Positions 49,822 to 64,000 of a stretch of DNA of 64,000 bases are shown in pieces. Source of the DNA: the human T2T-CHM13v2.0 reference genome, Homo sapiens. A program made the translations under genes and the position numbers. The stretch lies in the NCBI RefSeq assembly GCF_009914755.1, contig NC_060927.1. One strand, given 5' to 3'. The notes beneath the pieces were generated by a model, which saw nothing but the letters and a program-made list of their open reading frames with translations, was not told where the DNA came from and made no database searches. Positions within the stretch are counted from its first letter, which is position 1. Every line of letters starts with the position of its first letter.

Positions 49822-49918
49822 TCACTCTCTGGAACACATCTGCCACCGTGTGAAGAAACCCAAGATAGAAAACCTTCTCAGCTGAGGCCCTGGAGAACCA
49901 AGTGAGGACATGCTAGAC

Positions 49919-50117
49919 CAGGGGTATCCAATATTTTGGCTTCTCTGGGCCACACTGGAAGAAGAACTGTCTTGGGCCACACATAGAATATACTAGCACT
50001 GATGATAACTGATGATCCAAAAAATATATTTAAAGATCTCATAATGTTTTAAGAAAGTTTATGAAGTTATGTTGGGCTGCATTCAAAGCTGTCCTGGGTC
50101 GCATGCAGCCAGCAGCC
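49919..50117 (+). mobile_element. MER30 hAT MITE with an eroded right end
   Basis: caggggtatccaatattttggcttctctgggccacactggaagaagaa. TSD-like ctagac on both sides. Confidence 0.88.
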
Positions 50118-51210
50118 TAGACTGTAAGCTCCAGCAGATCTACCCATTGACTGCAGTGCATGGAAGAGGGCAGGCGAGACCAGCAAAATTGCCCAGTAAG
50201 AAATAATAAATCGTTACTGTTTAAGCATGTTTGGTGTGATTAATTACATAGCAGTAGTTAACTAATATGGCCTATAAGGCACTGGATGATCTGAGCAGGG
50301 GTACCTCCTTACCTTACCTCCTCCACCTATTTCAACCACTCTGGCCTCCTTGCTATTCCTCAACCTACAAGGCAGGCCCTACCCTTCACTCTGCCTGCAG
50401 CCCCCTTTCTCCCAATAGACACGGCTACTGCATTCACTAAAGTCTCCTTTATCATTCTGTCAAAAATAGCAACCACCTCTCTCCTCCCTCTCATGGCCAC
50501 TCTCTACTTCCATCCCCTGCTGCATTATTCTTCCTAGCACTTATGTACTTAGCTATATATTATTTTCTGGATTAACAATATATTTATTTTCTCTCTTTCT
50601 TAACCTGAGTGTAAACTTCAAAAGACAGATATTTTATTTATTTTGCTTGCTAGTATATCCCCACTACCAAGAACAGTGCCTGGAACATAATAGGTGCTCA
50701 ATTAAAAATATGTTGAATGAATTATTTTTCAGTTCCTAGAGATTATTCCATGGACATTCAAAGTAGAAAATCTGTTCCTCACATGTGTGCTCCAGCTTAT
50801 ATGTAATACATTCTAGGGACTAAGACAGAACCTTAAACAGAAAAAACCCTAAAAATCCTGGAATGGAACACTTGGTGCATATGTGCTCTAGAGTTTTCCT
50901 GGAAGATAGAAATGAGAGTTGCCTCTATGGAACAGTTGTAGATCCTGTATTTATACTGAGATAAAAAAGAACTTGATGTCATTCAGTTTCTCTCTGGGAT
51001 TCTTTATCTAAAACACTTCTACTCTATTTTTTTCTAATCCCTAAACAGAATTTTGTGTCTCTGAATGTGCCTCAACCATGATAATTTCCTAACATGTGTC
51101 ATAACCTATTTCCCACTTCACACCATTCCCCTTCTGTCTCACCCATTTACTTAGGTTTAAGACATTAGTTTTGTGGGTATGTACTTTGCATCAGCTTGAA
51201 TAACTGTCAC

Positions 51211-51555
51211 TTTTTTATTAGACTTTATCTTTTAGAGCACTTTTAAATTCATGGCAAAATTGAGTTGAAGGTACAGAGATTTCTCATATAACCCCTACTT
51301 CACACATGCATAAACCTCCCAGATTATCAACATCACCCACAGATTGGTAGATTTGTTAAAATTGACAAACCTATATTGGCACCACATCATCATCCAAAGT
51401 CTATAGTTCACATTAGGATTCACTCTTGATATACATTCCGATGGTTTAGACAAATGTATAATAACCTGCATCCATCATGACAGCATCAAGCAGAGTTGTC
51501 TCACTACCCTAGAAGTCCTCTGTGCTTCACCTATTCATCCTTCCCTTTCCCCACA
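51211..51555 (-). mobile_element. L1MC1/2-like 3'UTR
   Basis: agactttatcttttagagca ... ggcaaaattgagttgaaggtacagagattt ... ctctgtgcttcacctattcatcc. Confidence 0.75.
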
Positions 51556-52066
51556 ATTGTTGTCTTTTGGTGGAAACAATTTGGACATTAATGAGGTCCC
51601 AGGAAATGTCCTAAACACTGCATGTGCATCACACATGTCAAATACATTAAGCAAGGAGACGTTATCTGGTATCCCTTATACTCATTGCACAAAGGTAGGA
51701 GATCAACATTATGCATAAAATGCACGCTGCATGCTGCCATTTGTAAGTCGGTTCACATGGGCCAGAATCTGTTTCTGTTCCAACCAGAAACCTGGGTATC
51801 ATGCTAGACTCCTTCTATTTTTTTTAACCCTTTCCCCATTTATTTACCAAATCCAGGTGATATGAATTTCCAAGCAGCCATCTAATCCATCCTCTCATCT
51901 TCCTTTAAGTAATCAATACAGCTATAACTGAGGTGACTATTATCTCTTACCTGGACTATCACAATAGTTTCTTATTCTTTATGCTTGCCTTCAACCTTGC
52001 CCCACCTCCAATTCATTCACCACACTGCAGCAAGCCTGTGCATTCTGTTAGCAATGGAAAGACTAG

Positions 52067-52545
<479 letters not shown>

Positions 52546-52589
52546 TAGTTTGTTTTTCTATTCTTTTGAGAGAATATAATACTTTTCTA

Positions 52590-53108
52590 TCAGACAATCC
52601 TGGAACTTTTATTTGCAACTTCTCTTCTGTTTTTACCTTCATTGTAAACAAACAGTCCCTGACGTCCAAGATGGCCAAATAGGAACAGCTCCAGTCTACA
52701 GCTCTCAGTGTGAGTGATGCAGAAGACAGATGATTTCTGCATTTCCAACTGAGGTACCAGGTTCATCTCACTGGGGATTGTCAGACAGTGGGTGCAGGAC
52801 AGTGGGTGCAGCGTACCAAGCGTGAGCTGAAGCAGGGCGAGGCATCGCCTCACCAGGGAAGTGCAAGGGGTCAGGGAATTCCCTTTCCTAGCCAAGGAAA
52901 GGGGTGACAGATGGCACCTGGAAAATCGGGTCACTCCCACCCTAATACTGCGCTTTTCCGATGGTCTTAGCAAACAGCACACCAGGAGATTATATCCCGC
53001 GCCTGGCTCAGAGGGTGCTATGCCCATGGAGCCTCGCTCATTGCTAGCACAGCAGTCTGAGATCAAACTGCAAGGCAGCAGTGAGGCTGGGGGAGGGGCG
53101 CCCACCAT
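52590..53108 (-). CDS. L1 ORF0 homologue, open for 172 aa (expression unknown)
   Basis: MVGAPPPASLLPCSLISDCCASN...IRVGVTRFSRC matches the primate L1 ORF0 N-terminus. ATG context is gcaATGg. Confidence 0.5.
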   Translation of the reverse strand: MVGAPPPASLLPCSLISDCCASNERGSMGIAPSEPGAGYNLLVCCLLRPSEKRSIRVGVTRFSRCHLSPLSLARKGNSLTPCTSLVRRCLALLQLTLGTLHPLSCTHCLTIPSEMNLVPQLEMQKSSVFCITHTESCRLELFLFGHLGRQGLFVYNEGKNRREVANKSSRIV

Positions 53109-53683
53109 TGCTGAGGCTTGAGCAGGTAAACAAAGCGGCGGGGAAGCTTGAACTGGGTGGAGCCCACCTCAGCTCAAGGAAGCCTGCCTGCCTCTGTAGA
53201 ATCCACCTCTGGGGGCAGGGCATAGACAAACAAAAGGCAGCAGAAACCTCTGCAGACTTAAATGTCCCTGTCTGACAGCTTGGAAGACAGTAGTGGTTCT
53301 CCCAGCACGCAGATTGAGATCTGAGAATGGACAGACTGCCTCCTCAAGTGGGTCCCTGACCCCCAAGGAGCCTAACTGGGAGGCACCCCCAAGTAGGGGC
53401 AGACTGACACCCCACACGACAGGTTACCCCTCTGAGATGAAGCTTCCAGAGGAACGATCAGGCAGCAACATTGGCTGTTCAGCAATATTCACTGTTCTGC
53501 AGCCTCTGCTGCTGATACCCAGGCAAACAGGGTCTGGAGTGGACCTCCAGCAAACTCCAACAGACCTGCAGCTGAGGGTCCTGACTGTTAGAAGGAAAAC
53601 TAACAAACAGAAAAGACATCCACACCAAAACCCCATCTGTACGTCACCATGATCAAAGACCAAAGGTAGATAAAACCACAAAG
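52666..53683 (+). promoter_or_regulatory. L1 5'UTR internal sense and antisense promoter region
   Basis: YY1 motif caagatggcc at the 5' end. Retains the ~129-bp segment (~53420-53550) that L1PA3-late and younger elements lack. Confidence 0.75.
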
Positions 53684-54699
53684 ATGGGGAAAAAACAGAG
53701 CAGAAAAACTGAAAATTCTAAAAATCAGAGCGCCTCTCCTCCTCCAAAGGAACGCAGCTCCTCACCAGCAACGGAACAAAGCTGGACGGAGAATGACTTT
53801 GATGAGTTGAGAGAAGAAGGCTTCAGATGATCAAACTTCTCCAAGCTAAAGGAGGAAGTTCGAACCCATCGCAAAGAAGTTAAAAACCTTGAAAAAAGAT
53901 TAGAAGAATGGCTAACTAGAATAACCAATGCAGAGAAGTCCTTAAAGGACCTGATGGAGCTGAAAACCATGGAACGAGAACTACGTGACAAATGCACACG
54001 CTTCTGTAGCTCATTAGACCAACTGGAAGAAAGAGTATCAGTGATGGAAGATCAAATGAATGAAACGAAGTGAGAAGAGAAGTTTAGAGAAAAAAGAATA
54101 AAAAGAAACAAACAAAGCCTCCAAGAAATATGGGACTATGTGAAAAGACCAAATCTACGTCTGATTGATGTACTTGAAAGTGATGGGGAGAATGGAACCA
54201 AGTTGGAAAACACTCTGCAGGATATTATCCAGGAGAACTTCCCCAATCTAGCAAGGCAGGCCAACATTCAAATTCAGGAAATACAGAGAATGCCACAAAG
54301 ATACTCCTCGAGAAGAGCAACTCCAAGACACATAATTGTCAGATTCACCACAGTGAAATGAAGGAAAAAATGGTAAAGGCAGCCAGAGAGAAAGGTTGGG
54401 TTACCCACAAAGGGAAGCCCATCAGACTAACAGCTGATCTCTCGGCAGAAACTGTACAAGCTAGAAGAGTGTGGGGGCCAATATTCAACATTCTTAAAGA
54501 AAAGAATTTTCAACCCAGAATTTCATATCCAGCCAAACTAAGCTTCATCAGTGAAGGAGAAATAAAATACTTTACAGACAAGCAAATGCTGAGAGATTTT
54601 GTCTCCACCAGGCCTGACCTAAAAGAGCTCCTGAAGGAAGCACTAAACATGGAAAGGAACAACCTGTACCAGCCACTGCAAAAACATGCCAAATTGTAA
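53684..54699 (+). pseudogene. L1 ORF1, disrupted
   Basis: MGKKQSRK... start. In-frame TGA near 53828 and 54071, frameshift near 54355. Ends QPLQKHAKL. Confidence 0.9.
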
Positions 54700-54762
54700 A
54701 GACCATCCAGGCTAGGAAGAAACTGCATCAACTAACGAGCAAAATAACCAGCTAACATCATA

Positions 54763-57320
<2,558 letters not shown>

Positions 57321-59964
57321 AATGAGAACACATGGACACAGGAAGGGGTACATCATACACCGGGGCCTGTTGTGGGGTGGGGGGAGGGGGGAGGGATAGC
57401 ATTAGGAGATATACCTAATGCTAAATGACGAGTTAATGGGTGCAGCACACCAATATGGCACATGTAACAAACCTGCACGTTGTGCACATGTACCCTAAAA
57501 CGTAATGTATAATCATAATAAAAAAACAAACAAACAGTAGGTCTGAATTCTATTTTATAAAGTCCCAAAATGCAGTGTTGCGGCCTTTTTACTATCTGAA
57601 AACATATTGTTTTAATATTATTCTCTCTGGTGACTTATTTCATTGATAGATTTTCCCGTGTTCTACTTTATATCTTTTATTTCCTTTGGTTGCCATATTT
57701 ACACATATAGATATATGTATTTTTTTTTAATTTGGTAGTCCATTTTGTCAAAGAGTTATATGTACTAGAAATAGTCTGGGTTTTGAGAATGTTTCTTGTG
57801 CTTGCTTTTAACTTATTGAAAGTCGAGTTCTCTTTCTGTCTCCATGGAAGGTTAGAAACACAAAAATACCCAGAAAAAAACCTTTTGCTTGTGCCTCTGG
57901 GCTCACAGTGATCTTGTGTAATATGAATCTTTTTCTGTTGATGCCTCATGTAGCCTTAGACATGAGGGAAGTGTGGAGGAAGATCTTTTCAAGATTCTTG
58001 TTAGCTCTACCTTTCATGGAAATGCTATGGAGAGTTTTCTTCTGTCAAGTTGTAAGATTTCTGTTTTGCTTTTGTAATGGTCAGTCGATAAAGTATATAC
58101 AAAATTGTTAACGGCATTGGGAAAAAATTGCATTTAGTAATTAGAAAACTCAAATTTTTTACTAAATTCACTAAAAACAATAAGCCTTTTATATCTAAGA
58201 AATACTTTCTGGTTGAGTTCAAATAATACTTTCTCATATGTCCATTTTATTTATATTTTACATTTAGAAAATCTTGAAAATAATCATAGTACTTTATTAT
58301 ATTAAATCATTGGTCATTAAGTGATCAATATATACTACTTTTTCTAAATTTCTGTGACAACTGAAAATTCAATGATTCATTTAGTTTTTGAGAACTTCTT
58401 GCTAAATTCCATGATTACCTATCTATTAAAACCATCTGGTTAGCTATAACTATTCTATTTGTATTTGCATGCTGAAGATGATTTTCAAATAATAAATAGT
58501 AGTAGGATTTTTTTTCTTCTTCCATTAATGAACAACTTTTAACTAACCAGCTTTCCAACCATTGCTGTGATTTTATGAGGAAAAGTTGTGGATATTCTTA
58601 TAAACCAGTGAAATAAAACATTTATAGAATGTTAAAATGTGTAGGAATTCCACAATCATTGCCAAAGCTATGTACCCTACACATAACTTTTGATCTCTAC
58701 TCCATACCATCCTTATTTGGGGGAACTGATTCAACTAGAGTTAGTTTCTGGAAGAAAATATCCTAAATTGACATATCATTCTTGCTAAAAAATCCATTTT
58801 TATGACTTCCATTAAACTCACATTAAAGACTTCCTTTGCTGCTTAGCCAGTAGAGAAGACAGGAAAGTGAGGAATGTTGAGGAAGTTTTTAGAAAGGCAT
58901 GTCCAGTGTTTGCTCTCCTGCTCTAAGTTTATTGTGTAATAACAGGCATTTTTAAAAGCTGGTTTGGGAATATAACCACCATTTTTAACATTCTTGCTAT
59001 AAGAAAATTCATTCTAATTGCCATAAATTATAAACCGTTTTCTGAAATTCTTTTAAAAACGAGTATAGCTGGTATGCTATGCTTTAAGAAGATCATTATA
59101 AGCCTTTTAAATTCATAGTAATTTAATGTTCTATGTAATTTGGATTTCCTCATTTCACATGCAGTCAGCCTCTACTCTATGTTAAGTGTTAGCTAGAACT
59201 CGTGAGAAATTAAGAACGCTAAATAAAATGTGGTGCCAAAGGGTTTACAACCTCTTCAGAAAGAAGAAAAAAAGTGTCTAATCACCATATTCAAGATGAA
59301 ATGAGAAAAAAAAATGAGAGAGAGAAGTACTGCAGCATGGGGGAGTAGGGTTGGAAGAATGGATCTCATTTATTGGCTGGGAAGAAAGAGAAGACTGAAA
59401 GTCTTCATGAACTAGGATCAACTAATATAAATTATTCTAATATGGAATCTAATATAATTCAAGAAGCAAAGTTAATGAGTACTACACAAAATTTCACTCA
59501 AAAAAATAAAAGATAAAACTGAAAACTGAGAAGACATTGCCTAATTTATATTTCTGAAACCCTTGCTTCTGGTGATTTTTTAAAATTGCATTCAGTAATC
59601 AGAGCAGTACCAACTAAGGGAAAATTAATGAACAGAAATCAAAGTGCAATGGCATTGAAGATTTATCTTTTTCTCCTTTAGGGACAAGAGTTTCATAGTA
59701 GTCCTGTGTGTCTGATGTCACTAAGACTGGAACTGAAAATAAAGCATGCCAGAGGAGATGACAGAAAGAAGAAAGACAGAAACAAAATTTCTCTACAAAT
59801 CACTTCACACTTATTTTCTTTCCCTTAGTACCACATGTTAAAAAAAAAAAAGAAAGAAAGAAAACAAAGAAGGTATCTGTTAGATATAGAGGTTAGTAAA
59901 CACTATGAAGAAGGTAAAAATGAGATGTGGAATTTTTATAAGGAGAGAATCTAATGATGCAGCT

Positions 59965-60060
59965 TTTACTATATCAGAAATTACTGTATAGGCCAATTAT
60001 CATCCATTGATATTCTACTAAATTCCAGGTATTCTATATGTATATGTATGTGTATGTGTG

Positions 60061-60123
<63 letters not shown>

Positions 60124-60320
60124 TCTAGTATGTATTCAACCATTGCAGCAACTTTGCATGGTAGTATAACTTTCCTAACTTCAGCAATGAGCAGACAAAC
60201 ACTCAGAGTGATTAAATGGTTTGCCTAAAGCAATGGTCTGCAAACTCACAGAGCCAGTTAGCTACATAAGAAATCAACCTGGGTCTACTTAATTCCAAAG
60301 TCCATACTATTTTCACCATA
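59965..60320 (-). mobile_element. MIR remnant split by a microsatellite
   Basis: atgagcagacaaacactcagagtgattaaatggtttgcctaa ... ttccaaagtccatact. Confidence 0.5.
60035..60122. repeat. (TATATG)n microsatellite
   Basis: About 10 perfect tatatg units plus tgtgta variants. Confidence 0.95.
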
Positions 60321-61214
60321 GAACATGGATGTGGTTGCTTTCCTAAATTACTCCACCCCAAAGGAATTTTGAGGGAAGATTTGATAAAGAATAAAAGAAT
60401 GCAGGTTTTAGATGACTTTTCTGATAGCAGAGGTAAATATGGAAGTGAGAATCCTCAACATTAATGGAGGTCAAGTTCCTGACTAACTTCAAGTCCATGC
60501 CAGGAGAAAGTAACTGCAGGAACAATGTGGGTCTTGCTTTTCAGTGAAGAATTTGAATGGAAACCTGTGGAAGGAGGACAAGAAGTTTTTTTTGCCTCAT
60601 TTATTGCACAGATCACCCTGCATGTTCTAGTGTCCAAAGGAAGAGGAAGATGGAAAGATGACACAACCAAAGCTTCCCTGTGGCTTCACCACAGCTTAGG
60701 GTTTTGAAAGCCGGAGATTAAATTTGATTTATGACCACCAGAAAATTTCCCTAGAACCTAGTGTGGCAATTCTCATTAGGCAACTGGCCATTTCTTTAAG
60801 GTAATCCTAGACTGTAGCCCTGCCATTGTTCTCACTAGCTATAGTACTCCTAGAGATCTAAGTGCAGTTACTGCAATACTAATACTCAGTGGGTAGGTTA
60901 AATCTGAAGAAAATTTTGCTAGCATCAATTCTGTATTTTCTTTTTTACCTGGTAGGAAGGTCAGGGAGAGCCCAAAATCTCTTTCTACCTACAGTCTGAT
61001 CCCTGTGATTCTACTCTGAGAATTTAACCCCTTTCATTGAAATCTTTGGTCCAAGGTAGAACCAGAGAAACCTCCAAGAAGAGGTCTTTGCAGGTTCTGG
61101 CCGGATGGAACAAGATAACCAGAAGCTGGAAGTCACCTAAGAGTATGGAGTGACAGGAATGAGGGAATAAGAAGAGGAACAAACATTGACTGAGGCTTCA
61201 GTGTCCCAGTCCCT

Positions 61215-61365
61215 GTGCTCAATTCTTTCACATTCCTTTTCTTGTATAATCTCCCAAGCAGTTCTATAAATAGCTAACATTATCTTTATTTTACAGACAA
61301 GGAAATCAAGGATCAGAGAAGCCAGATAAATTGTGATTTGTAAGTAGCAGAAACCTGAAACAGTA
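61215..61365 (-). mobile_element. MIR fragment
   Basis: ttattttacagacaaggaaatcaaggatcagaga ... taagtagcagaa. Confidence 0.65.
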
Positions 61366-62530
61366 ACCAACCTTCCCTTTATCTGGTTTTGTTAGAAAAA
61401 AAATGAATTTTAAAAATGTATAAACATGCCTAATTGCCAGAAGAACATTTTCCCATGCAGTGAACACCCCAACCTCACCAACTCTGTTTTGAAGGTGAAT
61501 GCTACTTCCTCAATGAATTTGTGACTTCTTTTATTGGTTGCCAACATCACCCAAACTGTACAAACCCAAACTTAGCAGTGGGATCATCTCTGCAAACAAG
61601 GGTTTCTCAGATCATTAACAATACCTGTTGCAAAATGGTAGGTTGGGGGACACTTTATTCAACAAAAATCGAATCTACTTTAAATATAAAAGAGGTGCTT
61701 CTACAATTCTTTCTACTGACATTTCTGATAGGATTTTTTCTTATTTAAATTGTTTGTTTATGTAAATTAGTATCTGTTTTTCTAAGTTTTAAACAAGCAA
61801 TCATCTCCAACTTGAAAGAAATTATTTTGAAACATCACAAGATCTAATTTATTGTTATTTCGGTTGGCAAAATATTAAGTGTATTGTTTTCAGTGAAACA
61901 CATTGGATATTTGTGTAGAGTGCATCTGAACATATTTACATAAGTAATTTAGAATTATGCTTTTTTCCACAAATAAAAAACATACAGCCTTCATATTAAT
62001 TATTTTAAATCACATCCTCATTGCACTAGAAGAAATAATTGTGTTTTTGGAACTGAACACATTTGTTGTGCAAATGAGAATGCTCTTGCTTCTGCTAAAA
62101 TATGTGGAAATATAAGACCTCATCTAACATAATGTGTTCTGTTTTGTGAGATGACAATTACATTTCTCACATACAGAGATGTGTCATTAGAACGCACAAG
62201 GGGGGCACCATGCTATTATTCTTTGTGGTGAATGAAGCGTGATACTGATGAAAACCAGAACTCTCATTGATAATGCATTGTCTGGTTTCATTTTCCAGGT
62301 AGTATCAAACACCATGTAGTTTCCCAATATATCTAATTGGATATGAAGTTAGACTGCTCATTTCCTAAGCTTAATTTTCTCTTCCAAATAAACCCTAAAG
62401 CAAACATGATATAAATTAGCTTTATTATTATTTTTTATTTAATCTGATTACGGACACTTAGATCTTTTTGTTCTGTTTCTGAGAATCCAGAGATTCATTA
62501 AGTCCTCTCTTCTGGTTTTATATCCAAAAG

Positions 62531-62627
62531 ATATATATATATATATATACACACACTGGTATATGTGTGTGTATATATACATACACACACATAAGTGTAT
62601 ATATATATATACACACACACACATATA
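62531..62627. repeat. Compound (TA)n/(CA)n/(TG)n microsatellite
   Basis: atatatat...acacac...gtgtgtgtatatatac... Confidence 0.9.
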
Positions 62628-62823
62628 AAGAGTGGGCTGCTCATGAACAGCTATTATGCAGCTTCTAAAGCTTTTCATGTATGAATTAGGTAGGAATGTG
62701 TTGGTTGCATGTGGCAGAGATCTTAACCTATTGTCTAAAGTCAAGAGCAGTGCCTGCTTTTGTCCAACTCAGTGCAGGGGTTATTCCAGCTGCCAGAACC
62801 TTATCTCTTGGCTTACCTGTGCT

Positions 62824-62903
62824 ACACACACACACACACAAACTTATATATACACATGAGCGTGTATATATATATATACATATACATACATATGCATATA
62901 CAT
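62824..62903. repeat. (CA)n/(TA)n low-complexity tract
   Basis: acacacacacacacac ... tatatatatatatacatatacatacatatg. Confidence 0.85.
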
Positions 62904-63947
62904 AGAGTTCTCCTATATAAAAAGACATTTATATAGGAGAATTCAGATTTGTTACTGAAATAAATTCTTAGCAATAATAATATATTTGCATTCTCCTCTT
63001 CCCTTTCTTAGAAACTACTCTTTGATCTGCCTTCTCTCAGAATGATATTGTGTAAATTACTACTTAATTTAATATTCTTTAAAATAGGATAGCATCCTTC
63101 TCCTCTGGTAATCTTATTCCCTGAAAAAAATCCTTGAGAATTGTACATTGTTTTTAAACATAAAAACTGCTTTGATCTTTTTGTGAGAAAAGATGTATGA
63201 TTTACAAGCCCCTTTCAACCTACAAATTCTATATTGTGTGTCTGCTGGGCACAAAACATGATGAAGTTTCCACAGGAATAAAATGAAGTGTAAGATGCCA
63301 TCCCTTCTTTCAATGACCTTATAAATTTTTTGGTGACACATAATAGAAACACCTACAAATGATCATATGTTACTTTTGTACTTGGAAATCACTTAACTTT
63401 CTTCCAGCAAACTAAGAACTACTAATTCCCTCCCATCTATTACTGTTCAAGCAAGATAGCACAGGTAAGCCAAGACATAAGGTTCTGGCAGCTATACTAA
63501 CCCCTGCACTGAGCGGCACAAAAGCAGGCCCTGCTCTTGACTTTAGACAAGAAGTTAAAATCTCTGCCACCTGCAACTAACACATTCCCACATGATTCAT
63601 ACATGAAAAGCTTAAAAGCTGCTTAATAGCTGCTCATGAGCAGAAATTCCTTTTTTCTCTGTGCAGATAAGGAAGTGAGGTGCTACATTCCTTTGAGAAA
63701 TTTAGTTTCTGCATAAAATCAATTGGGACAAGTTTTCAATACAAAAAATATTAGACATTATCCCAAGATGGAAATTTTGGTTCCTGAGTCCTCAATAAAA
63801 TATTGCTGTATTTTAAATAGAAGCTCGAAGTGTGACCCCTCTCAGTAACTATGTAGGATGCCATGTAATCATGAGGGAGTCTCTTTCAAGATGACAGAAA
63901 GAAAATGAGACTGGGAAAAAGAAATTTTCCCCTTCTTGGCTCTGTAG

Positions 63948-64000
63948 CAGTAGTTCTCAATCAGGATGATTTTGCTTCCCAGGGGAAATTTGGCAGTGTT
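63948..64000. mobile_element. MER20 hAT MITE, cut by the window edge
   Basis: cagtagttctcaatcaggatgattttgcttcccaggggaaatttggcagtgt. Confidence 0.8.

Overview
Primate (human-like) AT-rich intronic or intergenic DNA dominated by interspersed repeats. I recognise no host protein-coding exon, RNA gene or CpG island. Nearly all long ORFs in the track come from L1, Alu or MaLR. The window holds about 11 Alus (J, S and Y types), seven larger L1 insertions (L1MA, L1PB, L1PA2 to about L1PA10), a complete MSTA provirus (LTR-int-LTR), several solo LTRs, DNA-transposon MITEs (MER5, MER53, MER6A, MADE1, MER30, MER103, MER20) and ancient MIR, L2 and CR1 pieces. I found no evidence for a new multi-gene system. 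The most notable signals are in L1 insertion structure: three separate twin-primed (5'-inverted) L1s, one of which has an extra 45-bp fold-back; an L1 whose G-rich 3'UTR tract is replaced by templated duplications; a candidate 3' transduction; an L1PA2-like insertion into an Alu target-site duplication (TSD); and a promoter-bearing L1PA4-6 copy that lost its RT domain but keeps an intact endonuclease-only ORF and an elongated antisense ORF0. Subfamily names come from recalled consensus sequences, not from a RepeatMasker run, and boundaries are approximate unless a TSD is given.
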